DNA of 63,997 bases, the filler included, from Asterionella formosa (Eukaryota): assembly GCA_002256025.1 (NCBI GenBank). It is 4 parts of 4 records of this genome, joined end to end, with 100 filler letters (N's around TTAATTAATTAA, not from the genome) between each part and the next. Parts side by side here need not be neighbours in the genome. Positions count along the whole stretch, not along the records: positions 1 to 15,966 come from NKIB01005176.1; 3 more parts are not named here. One strand, 5' to 3'. Positions 1 to 13,795 of this stretch are shown piece after piece. Position 1 is the first letter of the stretch; each line of letters starts with the position of its first letter. The notes under the pieces are model-generated. The model was given only the letters and a program-made list of their open reading frames with translations. It searched no databases and was not told the DNA's origin. The position numbers and the translations under genes are program-made.

Positions 1-1553
1 GCTACGGTACTGGTACGGATGGCATGCATCGGGGAAGTCGATGTCAAGAGAGGTGATGACGTATGTGTCGGGTTGCGTGCTGCTGGCCGGCCGAAAAATT
101 CGTACTAAATCATGCGTTCAGCATAAGACAACATCATCAACGGGTCAGGCGAAACCAAATACGGGCGGTGCGTACTCCGTACATGGCACATACCGGTAAT
201 GCAATTACCGGCATCGTAAGGGCAGGTCCCAACAGCGATACCTGGTACCAGGTACCAGGTACCGTACTCTCTCTGTTCGTGTATACCAGTACACCATGTG
301 TACCGGTAGTTGCACCAATTCTTCCACCGGTAATCGGCCTCCTTGATCCAGGTCCTCAAAAGAAGCCGTCTGTAGAAGCAATATAAATTTTCTACACGAG
401 ACAATGCAGGCAACAGGTGCATCATTTAGAGTTCCACCGGTACTACCGGCATATTTAGGCGAGTATTTGTGCTTCATTTAGGGCTAGTATTGAATTTACA
501 TGAATATCGCTAGCCCACATGTTTGTTTTGCTCTAGAGGGAGTGGCATACAATTATTAAGCTCCATTGACTAAGGCATATCTATCCATCCTAATTGAAAT
601 GATAATGCAATGCCATCATTCTTCCCATGCCATTGCTCTATGAGAAGAAGCAACAACAAGAAGCGCAAATTTGTAAATGTTGCAAGAAGTACTGACATAT
701 ACTGAGTTGCAAAAATGATAATAACTGCTCTTGATCCCTCCTCCCAAAATTCGTTTCCGTTGTTTGCCATTAGGGATAAAAATGGTGTCTTTGTTGATTA
801 ATTCAATGACATGACATAAATTAATTTTATAAAATTAGTGTTGCCTAACGCTTTATCTGCAGCGATATGCACAGATACTCATCTCGGAGCAACAAAAAAT
901 GGGTTGTTGCTGGAAGCAACATACCACCCGGATGCGAGAGATTCAAAAAATTGGGCTGAGCAAAATTTTAAAAACTTTTTTATTTCTGTAAAGTCCTGCT
1001 CCATTTTTAAGCCTTCATGACGAGCAACGAAGCGCACAAAAATTAAGCTTTGGTGGTTGCTTTAGTTGTTTTCTATTTACTGGTATTCTACTGCCTGCGC
1101 CATTAAACTGCTGGTATATCAGTTTGAATGGTTTTCTAGGTCCAGTGCTGATCGTGCCGTAGTGAGGTCGCCCCAGAAATTCAGTACTCCGAGTACATGT
1201 CTACCAACGTATGTACTGGTGGTACATGCAGCAATTTCAAGAACCATCATGCATTCTTTCCCCAACCTATTATGGATGGATCACTGGATAAGCCTTGAAT
1301 TGAGTGGATGTTCTACTTTGTTCATTGCTACATCCACTCTAGGCCTTCAAATATTTTGAAGCGAGACTGATGCTGATACCTGGAGTTGCCTTATAATCAA
1401 CTGGTGTGCATGTAAATCAGCATGTAAAGGTGAGCTAGATATTGCAAATTAAGCAAAATACTAGACTAAAAAACCCTGAAAGCACATGGTAAGCTGAAAA
1501 TGTAACCACTGACCAGTATGGTCAAATTATGCAATCACGCAGATGGATGCTAT

Positions 1554-3529
1554 TTACCTCCTAGAACGAATCAAGATAAAGCCAATTGTCGCAAGGGCAG
1601 CCGCTCCAAGAATATAAGACAGCTGTGGGCTCTTCACTTTTGTCACCTCTATACTGAGATCGGCAGCAATCATCTTTGAACAAATAGGGTGGTAAAAATC
1701 CTTTTTCTTAAGAAATGTTTCTACAGCGGCGTCTTTTCCCATAGGCGACAGGAACAGCGCTCGATAAAGTGGACGAACAAATTTCATTCGACCCTGAGTT
1801 GTGATGAAATGCAGTGCAATAGGTAAAATGCTTTCGTCGCCTATTGTGAAATGAAGGTGAGAATCAAAGTTGCAATTGGATCAAATGTATAAATGAACAT
1901 GACACGACAGATATACAACGTACCGGCCGCAATCGCCAGTTGGCAATATCGATAAAGGATTTCGGAGTTCCTGCTTCCTGCAAAGCCATATGAATCATTC
2001 ATTGCCTGGATAGTGCTCAATTTCAATGGCCTTCCATCGCTCAGCAAAGTATCAAGGAAGCAGGTGATTTGGTTGCTGGACCATGTCGAAATATTAGTGC
2101 TTGGCGAGCGCAGACCATGTTCATCGACTGCCAGCCAAACCTGGGCAAGTGTCTCGGACGCTTCTGACAGAGATCGATCAAAGACTGGGATCTCTGGAGG
2201 CATGCCAGGTGCATGATACCATGCCTTCCAATCGAAATCATTTAAAACATCATTGTCTTTGAAATATTCCATGAAAAAACCCTGGAAGTCGTCAGAAGTC
2301 AACGTCATGTAGGCAAACTTCTTAACATATGCTTGGAAGAACTCTTCAAAGGCAGGTGTACCAACTCGTCGTTCGAGCGCAAAAAGAAGGTTGAATCCTT
2401 TCTCATAGGGAACGCTAGAGTAGTATTCATCCGGATCAAGGTCACCGAGCACAGGAACTAGTGATGTGAATTCATCAGGCATGACCTTGCAAGCATCAGT
2501 GAGGTCTTTATAGCCTCCAATGGCATCAAAATCCAAAAAAGCTGGATTCTTGTGAATGCGCGCCATAATCTTTCGTTGAAACCAAGTTGTCCAGCCCTCA
2601 TTCAACCAAAAGTGTTCCCATGTGGCATTGGTAATTAGATTGCCGGTCCAAGAATGCGCTTGCTCATGCGCAACGACATCAGCTAAACTGCGATCGCCCG
2701 CCAAAAGGGTAGGAGTTACAAAAGTGAGGCATGGATTCTCCATACCTCCATAGGGGAAACTGGGAGGCAAGCAGAGCAAATCATATCTTCCCCAGACGTA
2801 AGCAGTTCCAGCCAAATTTTCGGCGATTTGTAAAAAATCTTCTGTTTGGGCAAACTCGTACGCCGCTGCTTCCACCAAACTGGGTTCGCTCCAAATGGCA
2901 CAGCGGCTAGACAGATCGATTCTTTTCAAGTCTCCCACTGCCATGGCAATTAAATAAGAAGAAACCGGAACCGACTGACCCCAACAGCTAGTCTTTTCCA
3001 AATCCTTCACAATTTCTCCCTTGTCCAGGGCAGACATGACACAAGTGGCCCAGCTGGGGACTGTGATTTCTGCCGTGTACGTTACCTTGACACCCGGCCT
3101 ATCTTGACAAGGGAGCATAGTGCGAGCATGTATGGCTTGGCATTGTGTGAACAAGTAGGGGTATTTTTTGCCCGCGGTCTGCGAGGGAGGCAGCCACTGT
3201 AAGGCACTGGATTGTCGCGTGGTCTTGTAGTCGATGGAAACTGAGGTGTGCGCTCCAACAAAAATCTCTAGTTTGGCTCCCAAATGTGCCTGCTCTACGG
3301 CATGGAGCTTGTATGAGATCTTCGTTCCTTCTGAATGGACACGTTGGATAACAAGGTGCGCCGTATCCAAACACAGCGAGGTGGCATTGGGATCGTTCTT
3401 GGCAAATGTGTACTTCGCCGTTGCTTTCAGAGTCGAAGTTTTGAAATCGACCGTTGCCTTCCAATCCAAGTGTTTCACAAATATCTCAGATGGGTTTGAA
3501 AGAGATGATAGGTCTCTCTGGTTCGCCAT
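1554..3529 (-). CDS. LTA4H: Leukotriene A4 hydrolase-like M1 zinc aminopeptidase, 2 exons (3529-1924, 1840-1554), ~630 aa
   Basis: Motifs PYGGMEN, HEQAHSWTGN...WLNEG (HEXXH-X18-E), SSVPYEKG and QCQAIHAR. Removing the 83-bp GT-AG intron 1841-1923 restores the conserved C-terminal QGRMKFVRPLYR motif. Confidence 0.93.
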
Positions 3530-4351
3530 GTTGGAAGGGATAGCCAGCTTACAATTCGTCAATTACCGTAGTATTCTTCCTGTTCCGATGGGTGGATTGT
3601 TCTCAATCCATCATCCCATTAGTAATATCATGTAGTATCTCTGCGTGCTACATAGTATGTACGGGGACAGTACAAGATTCTGGAGTTCGCACTCCATCAT
3701 ATGTACCCTAGTATGATTGTCTGCTTTCGCTTCAACGTACCGGTATGCTGGGTAACGATTCTGCGGTGTTACAAGATGATACAGTGCACGAAAGCCTACC
3801 TAGACCTATCGTAAATCTAACCTAGCTACATATTGAATCTTGCTTTATAAAATTGTCATTATTTTACACATTCATATTCATAGTATCATTCGACCGTTTT
3901 AGGTCCATGATAGATGCCATTGCATATACTCCTTGAAGATAGCTAAATAGCTATGGGAACATCATTTTCTGTTATCATTTTCGGTAGACGATGGAAACCA
4001 CAAGACTAGACCAGTATTCCATGACCTTTTTTAGCTTCTTTGCCTGCTACCAACGACTCAATGTAGTAGTGATGCTTTCTCCTGCCAAGGTACCAGCTGT
4101 CTGCTGGTACTTCCTACATGTTAGTTGGCTCACGTTCATTAGGATGTCGAGTGTCATTTCTCGTTGGTTGGAGGGACGTTGGACCGATGGACAATATTAG
4201 CAGTCGAAGAGCATCCATATGACATCACAACACAAGATGTGAAATTTCAATTTGTACCGCCTATCCCCGCGCACACGGCTGCTGCTTCGCCTAGTTTTAG
4301 CTCAAGTTTGTAAAAGTCTATTCAATCTATGTAAAAATGTGGCTACGTGGT

Positions 4352-5866
4352 CTATGGAGCAACCTCAGCCTTGATAGCAACAGCCTTTTCGAAAAAGGCT
4401 AGTGCCGCATCAATTTCATCCTCGCTAACATTCAATGGGGGAACAAATCGAACAACAGTTGGTCCAGCAGGGACCAACAGCAGTCCTTGGGTCATCGCCT
4501 CGCCGACGAGCTCACCTGCAGTGCAGCCAGCTTCGGGTTGAACAACGATACCCTTCAGGAGGCCCCATCCACGAACAGAACCCAAAATTTTGGGGTACTT
4601 CTCAGCAATTTTCTCTAAACCAGCACTCAGCTGCTCACCCCTTTCGCGAACATTTGCCAATAGGTCCTTCTCACTAATTTCAGAGGCGACAGCCAAGCCA
4701 GCAGCGCATGCGAGTGGATTTCCTCCGTATGTACTAGCATGATCACCTGGTTGAAATGTATCAGCGATAGCTCCACGAGCCATCATGGCACCGATAGGCA
4801 CACCACCACCGAGCGCCTTGGCAGAAGTGAAGACATCTGGCTCTACACTCAATTGCTCATATCCCCACAGGAGTCCAGATCGTCCCATACCCACTTGAAC
4901 TTCATCGCAGATCAAAAGAGCTCCGCATTCATCCGCCAACTGACGAGCTCGCATAAAAAATAGAGGGTTGCCAGGAATGATTCCTCCTTCTCCTTGCAGA
5001 GCTTCCATCATAATGGCAGCCACACCTTGCTTACGGCCCTTCAACTTGAGGTCATTTGGGGTCTTGTTGATCTTGGCAACCATTTCCTCCAATTCTTCCA
5101 CGTTGTTATACTCGACGGAAACAAAGCCTTGCACCATTTCCCCACCGAAAGTGAAGCCCTTATGGTACTTTGGTTGTGCTGTAGCACTCAAAGCGGCCAA
5201 GGTCCGTCCATGAAAGGATTGCTTCGCGCTGATAATAAAAGGATCAGTGATTCCTCTGCTGCTGGCGTGTTTGCGAGCCAATTTGATGGCGGCTTCGTTG
5301 GCCTCAGCACCGCTGTTGCAGAAAAAGACCTTGTCAGCTACGCTATTTGCGCATAGCCACTCTGCAAGTTGCGCTTGGGCAGGAATAAAGTATAGATTGG
5401 AACAGTGGTGCACGGCGTTCATCTGGTCCACAACTGCTTTCGTCAAGGCTTCGTTGGAATGACCAAGTGCGCAAGTGGCAATACCAGAAACGAAATCGAG
5501 GTATTCCTTCCCGTCGGTTGTGAACAACTTTGTTCCCTTTCCATGCGAGACGGTCAGTGGGTAGCGACTGAGGCAAGTAAAGTAGGCATGAGAGGGTAGC
5601 AAAAGGTCGAAAAGTGAGTGTCAGCATAGCATGCCAAGAGCACACTGCACAGAAATAGAGTCCTAGATTCCTCCTTACCCATAGGTTGTCTGAATATGCT
5701 TGCCGTAAGATTCCTGGGTGTCGCCAGAACGGACTGGAGCGGAAATTTCCCTTTTCTCTATGGTTGCGTACAACGATGACGCGGACACACTTCCGAAAAC
5801 AGAAGGTGCGAAGGCCTGGCTAGAAGCGACCAACGAAAGACCGAGGAGAGCAGATGAAAACTTCAT
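4352..5866 (-). CDS. argD: Plastid-targeted acetylornithine aminotransferase (class III PLP enzyme), 2 exons (5866-5679, 5567-4352), ~467 aa
   Basis: Motifs FCNSGAEANE, SFHGRT, DEVQVGMGRSG, SAKALGGG and HASTYGGNP. Splicing intron 5568-5678 gives TYGRYP. Signal peptide plus SQAFAP cleavage motif of a bipartite plastid presequence. Confidence 0.93.
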
Positions 5867-7516
5867 TGTGTTGATTTTATGTTGATACTTGGAAGTTTCT
5901 TTGAACGGTGGGTTCGAAACTGCAAGAAAAAAGAAAGCACGGAACAAAATGAGAAGAGAAGGACGATGGCAAATCCAACGTAAAGAATCCTGCAAATACA
6001 CGTTTTGCGGATTTCGTTAGCTCCAGTACAAATACCACTGGGTACCGGTATGCTTGTTATAATTAAAAACGGGTTCTCACATATGTAGTAGAGTACCAGG
6101 GACTCAGTACGCAGGACAGTACAGGTAGCTGCTACTCGGAGTACCTTGTACACGGTACCAGTACTCAGCGAGCGGAGGCGAGGAGAGAACACACTGGCAG
6201 CTGCTACGTAGGGTACTTACTACCGGTATGGAGTTATAACGGTTCGCAACGGTACAGGAAATAAGGTACCGTACCAGTAGGCAAATAAATGGTGGTCTAC
6301 ATAATAGTCCATAAGCAAGAAGGCAAAACTGGCTAAAGGACAAAGAAGGCAGAGGCACTGCCCATGGTGAAGGGTCGACGGAGCTGGACGCGTACATAGG
6401 AGCACTAAATGTGTAAGTACATCCTGGTATCATAAAGGAACAAGCCAAATGACAAGTCAACAAAGGATGGCAATGTCTATAACAGATAGCCAGACTTTGT
6501 ACCGATAGTCTACCACTTCCTTCAAATTTTTGTCAGAATAATTTCCCCCAAGAAGCTAAGAGCAACTTGCTCTCACAGATTAGATAGCTTTTAGCTGGTA
6601 CCATCTAATGCAAGTATTCATGTGCATACTCCATATCGACAAAAGGAAACAGTGGGATCTATGCATTTTGTGTAGCATTGTAGAACCCAGCCAATAGTTC
6701 CTTTGTTCATGCTGTTCTCCTTATATATGTTGCAACTTAATTACTGATATGCGCATTCTATATAGTGGTAGGGCACTATAGACTGCTGCATGCCAGACTA
6801 GCTTCCTGGTTTGCACCAGTAGTTACAGAACCCTACTTAGTAACACCAGGTTGTCTCCTGGTAGCCTAACCAGAGGGGGAAATGCATGTTGGATGACAGC
6901 AATTCAACTCACTTACCAAAGGAATTGCATAACAAGTGCTGCAATACAATCTAGCTAGAGAAATTTTTTTAGCTGAATTCATATCATGAAGCTAAATGAA
7001 TGAAATCAAAAGGTCACAAGAGGATGAAGGAGAGGAGTACTAGTACTTCTTTTCTTTTTGTACTCGGAATAGTCAGCCACATCATACTACATACATACCG
7101 GTAGTGCCGGTAACCTACATTTATAAGGTTCTTTCTGATCTGCTTGTGGCTGGTGCGGATAGAAGCCAGGAATTTTCGTTTCGGTATCCTCATAATTCTA
7201 TACATTTGGCCATACCGGTACATATATTGCGTATCATATTATTAATTGTTATACTTGTATGTGGTATATATACATGTAAATGCTGGCGTAGAACAACTGT
7301 TTGTAATCCTACTGGTACATCGCTTGAAAAAGGAGGCTTGTTACAGTCTGTGTTCTCATTCAGCTAGACTAGCGGTATCCCATTGGGAAGATATTGTTGC
7401 TCTGTCGTCATGTTCATCTTCCTTTCCCTTCCAGGCATTTGCATCTCAAGAAAACCGCCTATAGTCACAATAATTCACTCTCCAGCAACAGAAATTCACA
7501 CATTTGAGAGCCCATC

Positions 7517-9250
7517 ATGAGTTGTTTAACACAGGAGCGTCTCGACGAAGTTGTCGACGCGTTGAAGTTGGCCATGGCCGATGAGGAAATTCGGAAGCTG
7601 AGTCAGCGAGCGATCCAAGGAAAGGTATGGCATCAACAACCTTGTGTTGCCAAGCTTTTAGGCGACCTTCGATCCGACGAGGACCGTCTTCGCAGCCGAA
7701 TTCTCGCTCAGATAAGTGAACTGGTGTATCTCTTTCACGGGGAAACATTGGATGCTACATTGGCAAGGGCTGGTGTTATGCACGACGATCGCGTCAACGC
7801 TGGTTCTTCGCTTCAAGATACGAGGCAGGCCTTTGACTTGTTCTGTTTGGATTCTAAGGAGAGGCTCTACTTGGCCCTGAAGCAATATGGATGGTTGGAA
7901 GATTTCTTTCGACGATATCCGCTGCACTTTTACGAGAACTCGTTCACGTTTGTGGACCGTATTCCCCCAAAGAAGCTCCCAATCAAGGTTAAAGTTGTTG
8001 GGCTTGGGGTGGCTGGTTCACTTGCTGTCAGTGGTCTTGCCAAACACGGAATTAGTGTTGTAGGCTATGAAAAGCGAGCTCGTTCAGGTGGAAGAGGTGT
8101 GACAAGTCGATACCAGAATGCTAGTTGGAGAGCATTTGATATTGCTGCAAAGCTTTTGGACGAGGAAGCGTACGACAAAATGAAAAGATACCAGCAACGT
8201 CTCAACGTTACGTACGACGACGGAACCACTGGTATTTTGACTTCGGACCGTGTTCAGATAATTTTGGGGAACGCTGTCGATACTGCGCTGCAATCGGCGG
8301 AACGCTATGGAGCTGAGTTCAAGTATGAGTGTTCAGACGACGATTTCTACAATGAAACTAGTGCCGACACAGGTGGTCCTGCAGAAGTTGACATTGTAGC
8401 TCTCTTTGCAGGAGCCCACACTTCCAAAATCTTTCCTGGTTTAGAGGACGAGATGGAGATTTACAGCTGGTCTGATTTAGATTCTTCCTGCAAGATGTGG
8501 CTTCGCATTAAGGAATCCGAGCAGAAAGAAGCTTACTGTACACGTGGAGGTGAGAACGGGGCCATCAATTGGCATTATACCATTTATAGTGCTCGAGATG
8601 AAATGGAAGACGTGGAACGTATCCGCGATAACCTCACCACCCAGTATAACAACACATTGAGACGTCTCAATGGAGCCGAGCCCGACCCCAAGGTGACAGC
8701 ATTATACGATGCACAAATCGCCCAGATCAACAAGATTTTGGAAGAAAAGCCTGAACGCTTCGACTACATCTTTACGAATGCTCCTGACAATAGCCACAAC
8801 CAACAAAAACGACTCGAGGCTGGAATGGACAACAGCGTAGTCATGGATGGTGGTTATACAGTTGAGATAAAGATTGCACGATACGCTACTGTCACCAAGA
8901 ACAAGTCTCCCAAGGCAGCAGCCTTGTTGAATCGCTTTTCTGCAGGGATGGTGTTGACGGGGGGTGACGCTTGTGTGCCCCCAAATCCTATGGCAGCCTA
9001 TGGAGCGACTCTTGCATGTGAAGCAGCGGACATGTTGGTCCAACTGAGTGTTGGGCAAGGGCATTTGAATGCCATTCTCATTGAATTAAACCACTATGGC
9101 AAGGAAGAGTGGGTCGAAAAAGTTAAAACCCTCAAGGACATGCTTGCCGAGTATTACGAGGCCAGGAATGCTGCTGAAACGTACTTCCAGTTTGTCCAAA
9201 CTTTAATCTGTAACCTGTACTCGCTTCCACCACAAATAACAATTGGTTAA
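7517..9250 (+). CDS. Uncharacterised FAD-dependent oxidoreductase/monooxygenase-like protein, 577 aa
   Basis: Long intronless ORF. Rossmann dinucleotide-binding motif VKVVGLGVAG...VVGYEKR and C-terminal GD motif LTGGDACVPPNPMAAYG, both typical of flavin monooxygenases. Confidence 0.7.
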   Translation: MSCLTQERLDEVVDALKLAMADEEIRKLSQRAIQGKVWHQQPCVAKLLGDLRSDEDRLRSRILAQISELVYLFHGETLDATLARAGVMHDDRVNAGSSLQDTRQAFDLFCLDSKERLYLALKQYGWLEDFFRRYPLHFYENSFTFVDRIPPKKLPIKVKVVGLGVAGSLAVSGLAKHGISVVGYEKRARSGGRGVTSRYQNASWRAFDIAAKLLDEEAYDKMKRYQQRLNVTYDDGTTGILTSDRVQIILGNAVDTALQSAERYGAEFKYECSDDDFYNETSADTGGPAEVDIVALFAGAHTSKIFPGLEDEMEIYSWSDLDSSCKMWLRIKESEQKEAYCTRGGENGAINWHYTIYSARDEMEDVERIRDNLTTQYNNTLRRLNGAEPDPKVTALYDAQIAQINKILEEKPERFDYIFTNAPDNSHNQQKRLEAGMDNSVVMDGGYTVEIKIARYATVTKNKSPKAAALLNRFSAGMVLTGGDACVPPNPMAAYGATLACEAADMLVQLSVGQGHLNAILIELNHYGKEEWVEKVKTLKDMLAEYYEARNAAETYFQFVQTLICNLYSLPPQITIG

Positions 9251-11755
9251 TTTTTTCTAAATGATTTACTGCCAATATACTTGATGTTGCGAAATAACAC
9301 GAGAAGTTGGATGTACGCAAGAGTCTTGCAAGGAGCCACGGGAAGCGTATTGTAACTATGTGTCCCAAGCTCCATAGAAGCAATGCGCGTTGTAAACGAT
9401 TGCAGGTCTACTCTCGGCTATAGAAGCCATGATGGTGTTTGCTTTCTGCTTGACAAATAGTGATGATCGTATTCTAGACATTGGTATCTACCGGTAGAAA
9501 AAATGAGCGAATCCGACAAGCCATCACTCTCTTGTTTTTCACCACGCATGAAGTCAAAATGAGTGTATATGCGAGGAGGGCTGGAAGGTCGCTTCTTAGC
9601 AATACCTAAAGTGGCGGCTCCATCAGCAAGCGTATAACTTAGTGAACACACTGCTGTCCATACAATTCAGTGTTCATGGCTCGTGACTTCCTTCTTTTTG
9701 TGCTGGTGATCTGCATACAGTGTGTGACGAAGGATTTGCTTGAGTTTCTTTGCATATGTAAATAGAGTATACGTACGTGAGAAAGAATACAGGTACAGAC
9801 GCAACTCATTCATCGAACAATAACAATAAATCAAATGCATGCTTTTCCAAAATATGATAATGGCCACAGAAATCTAGCCAGTGCATCCCTCAATGGAAGC
9901 ATATACAAAGAGTTAATCTAGCGTCAACTGGAACAGGAACAACTATCATGGATTCAGCCTGCGCCATACAAGATGGCATTGCAAACAGAATCAAATGGTT
10001 GTCCCTCCTTGTATCCATCCATGAACGCGGGGGGTTGACGACGCAACAAACGACAGCAATATAAAATATCTTTGTGGGTACAACCAAGCGCAAACAAAAA
10101 CGACGAAACGCACATCGGTTGTACCATCTTCACCCTTACCACTTACCTTCATCACTGCACGTGTGTATCTGATCTTCAGGTGGAAAGGAACATCAGAAAT
10201 AGGGTATCGGTAGCACAAGGCCTACTGGTAGTATAGTCTATCGATTACCCATTTGTACTGTCGATTTTGATGGTGTGGTTACATAACATGCCTTGGCGGT
10301 ATTCGGAGTAGCTACAAAATCTACCTGGTACCGTTACTACAGACAAATACTCCGAGTACCGGTACTGGTACCAGGTACCAGGGTACTCCACAACTGTTGG
10401 TGGTTGCTTGGTCGTGTCATCTTGTGTATCACGCCAGGCAATCTTGTGTACTGTGTCAGCCGTCTTAACGCCAAATAGTTGTATTGTATTTCAAATACGA
10501 AAACATTAGTATCACTAGAATGGAAACCAAATATTTATTTCCCCCCTTTTTCGAAGACAACAAATATACATCATATATTTATACTTTATACCAGCAGTCT
10601 CCTTGACTTGTTGTCAATGAATTCTCATCTTCATTGACAAGCAGGATGACATTGCCTGTTCAAATCTTGTTGTCTTGTTGCTTGTATGGACAACACAACT
10701 GATTTGAATTGGAAACAGGATGGCTGTTCAAAAGGAATATCATACCAGCTGAGCAATTCATGCTGTGCAACAGGCACAATAGTTGCATCAGACACAACGG
10801 GCAGCAGTGCAAGTGCCAAAACTCACAATTTCCGACTTGCTTTCCCTTGGGCTTTTGATGTTGCTGCAGCACAGTTGGATGACATGTCCCCTGTGCCTTC
10901 TTCTATGTCAGACCAATCTCCATTGATACTGACTGTCCCAGCTAAGTCAATGAAAATGATTTCATTGACCACTACGATTTGGATGGAAATGATAAAGAAT
11001 ATTAATTGATGGAAAAAAATTGTTCATTTCATTGGTGGACACATTCTTGCCACTGAACATTTGCTAGCCTGCAAGGTTGTTTTAGTCTTTCATGCTGGCT
11101 CAAAAACAAGCAAGCTTGCATCTATGAACAAAACCGCAAAAGAGATGGCTTGTCTGTTGGCATATAAGCAGGCGATTGTGCGCAGCATTAGACTCTACGC
11201 ATTTTTCGGTTGAATCCCGGAATTTATTTTGCTTGCTCCTTCAAGAAAAAGGATGAACCAATGACCTCTGAAGCACTTTACACATACAATTTGGATTCAA
11301 GGAGCATGATGAGCAAGGTGTGCTCTTATCCCTTTGTTCTTGCCAGTAAACTTTTTGTATTTATGAAGAGTGGCAAGGACTGCTTCCATGACTCATGTAA
11401 TGACATGCTGATTAAGGAATTCAGAAAGGAATTGGCCTTGAACAGTAAGTTGAGTCTCACCCCTCAGGAATCGAAAATTAGCTTTCTCCCCCATTCTAGG
11501 AATACAAGACAAGACGATGGTATTTAACATAGACAGTTTAAATTTTTTGCAGGGATCCAATTTTGCAGAGGTGCTTGGCAATGCAAACAACATTCCACTA
11601 TCTTGAGCAGCTCAAAAGCGCAAGGATCAGAAACATCTATTGTGTGGATTGCAAATCTAGGAAGATCAAGTATCAAAATACATTGAGCAAACAAAGCATG
11701 TGAGCAAAGCTAGATGCAGCAATAGCATTGAAGAAGACTGCTAATGTGTTGCGTT

Positions 11756-11801
11756 GACAGGGCCAGCTGGATGACCTAGACAGGGCCAGCTGGATGACCT
11801 A
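11756..11801. repeat. Perfect 23-bp tandem duplication
   Basis: GACAGGGCCAGCTGGATGACCTA x2. Confidence 0.9.
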
Positions 11802-13527
11802 GAGAAAACCTAAAATCTGTTGGACAGGATGAAGCCAACAATTCCTGATTCAGAATTTACTTCTAAAGAGCAAGGTGTGTTCAAAGCAATCTTCTGCAAA
11901 TAAAAAGTATCATATCTATAATATCACAGGTATCATAAGCTAACTGGCATAGAATTTTTCGCCACATGATACTTATTTCGTTATATGTATGATACATGCC
12001 TACTAGTAGTATATGGTCATGTCACGCATACATATAATAAAAAACACACCTTATAATTACCAAAACAATATCATATGATGTACATTCTTCTTTCATCATA
12101 TATATTTATCTTAACATTATGGTAAGAATACAAGTCGAAGTGACTGTTCAAAATATGGTGAAATAGATTGTAATTTTACTATAATTAGAAATCATTTCTA
12201 TTTTTCAACCTGCTATCCGCCTTTTCGCCATCATTACACTATGCCACCACCTTATCTTGTTCTTTGATTCCTGCAGAATGACTCTTTGATTCCTGCAGCA
12301 TGATGGCGACGCCTCTGGTTGACTGAGCCTTCCCCTTGCTTCCCACACTTCTCACATCGATAATAAACAAACCTACTGTTCTCACTGTCACTCAAATTTG
12401 GAAGGATTTTTTGCCAATCACTCATCTACCTTGTTCTGCTTGCCCTTACATCACTGTTCGCTCATTTCTCCTCTTATGTGTCAATTTGCTCGGTTTTATA
12501 TTTGCTTTACCATTTGTTCATTTCCATAGGTCCAACCAAAATGAGATGCGGATCCATTTACATTTCTTGTATTGATATCCTAATCGTAGTGACAATGAGA
12601 AGCATCAATTTGTCAGGTATTGTTTGCTTGTTTACACCGCAACAAATTCTTCTGATTCTGGATTGACTTACCAATTATTGATGCAATTTCTAACATTGCT
12701 GAATAATAACAAGTCAGTCCATTATCGCATAAGTAAACATCAATAAATCGTTCCACCGATGTTATTTATAACTTACAACATTGATCAGATTGCTTGTGGT
12801 GAATTTGTGCTTTGTGACAAGGACAACCAGTGCTCCATTGGAGTTTTGTGTTGGTGGGAACAAACAACAATTTGACGAAAACAAGAGTGAATTCGAGATG
12901 GGTGGTTTCATTTTAGGCTGGAATGTTTTCCTTCAAACAAGCTAGATTAAAGGCATTCACCTTGAAACTTGCTGTGGATTTCCTAATCTTGATGACAAGT
13001 GCAATTTCTCAAACTTCCACTGCCTAGCTAGTTTAGGTCAGCATTTTTGATGTGCAGATAGAACTGAGGCAGGGAAGTGCGACAGACTTCACATGGGCCA
13101 TGCCTACAACACAGAAATGCTTCCAACAAAAATCAGGGCTTCAATTTGGTGTGTGTGCATACACAGGACACAACAACAATAGTTGTTGGCACAATTGAAT
13201 TAAATTGTGAAAAATTGTATAATGTTTGCTAGATTTGAAATAAACCATGATAAGAAATAGACAATGATCTATACCATAGTAGACTGCCATATATTCACCA
13301 GAGTATTGACTACTGCAGCATGGATAACAATAGTTTACCAGCCAAAGTCCGGCCTTTGGTACATGTGTGATGTACAAGATCAAGCAAACATGTGGTGTGT
13401 ATTTGAATTCCCCTTTTCTTGATAGTACCACTATTTTGTGGGAGACACTGTAAAATCCCCATTCTTTGGTCCTGATTAAGTTCCTTTAGTGTGATTTTGT
13501 TGAGGCGAAGTCGCAACATGGTAGTAG

Positions 13528-13641
13528 TCTATGACGATCCTATCATAGTATCAGGGGATTTACTGTCTACGACGATCCTATCAAAGTATCAGGGGATTTA
13601 CTGTCTACGGCGATCCTATCATAGTATCAGGGAATTTACTG
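13528..13641. repeat. 38-bp tandem repeat, 3 copies
   Basis: TCTA(T/C)G(A/G)CGATCCTATCA(T/A)AGTATCAGGG(G/A)ATTTACTG x3, no spacers. Confidence 0.9.
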
Positions 13642-13795
13642 CAATCAGCCAGGGTACCATTAAATGCTCATAAAACAATCACATCAAACAGGTAGATGAA
13701 TACTCCAAATACAATATACGTTCGAGAATACAAAATAAACCAAGTAACTATTAATTCAAATATCCTTATCATGGTATTGATCACTCCCAGCTAGA

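Noticed and set aside
63..477. Short ORFs rich in VPGT/WYQ/YRY (also 42558-42943, 6104-6463)
   Set aside because: These are translations of the GGTACC/CCAGGTA motif clusters, not proteins.
9418..10218. Possible small spliced gene or lncRNA on the minus strand (GTAAGT donor at ~10146)
   Set aside because: No coherent exon chain or homology is recognisable, so transcript data are needed.
10500..13520. Possible genes in this AT-rich interval
   Set aside because: Only short broken ORFs without recognisable motifs. Probably decayed transposon or gene relics, but no family can be supported.
13528..13641. CRISPR-like 38-bp repeats
   Set aside because: Head-to-tail with no unique spacers, no cas genes, eukaryotic context.
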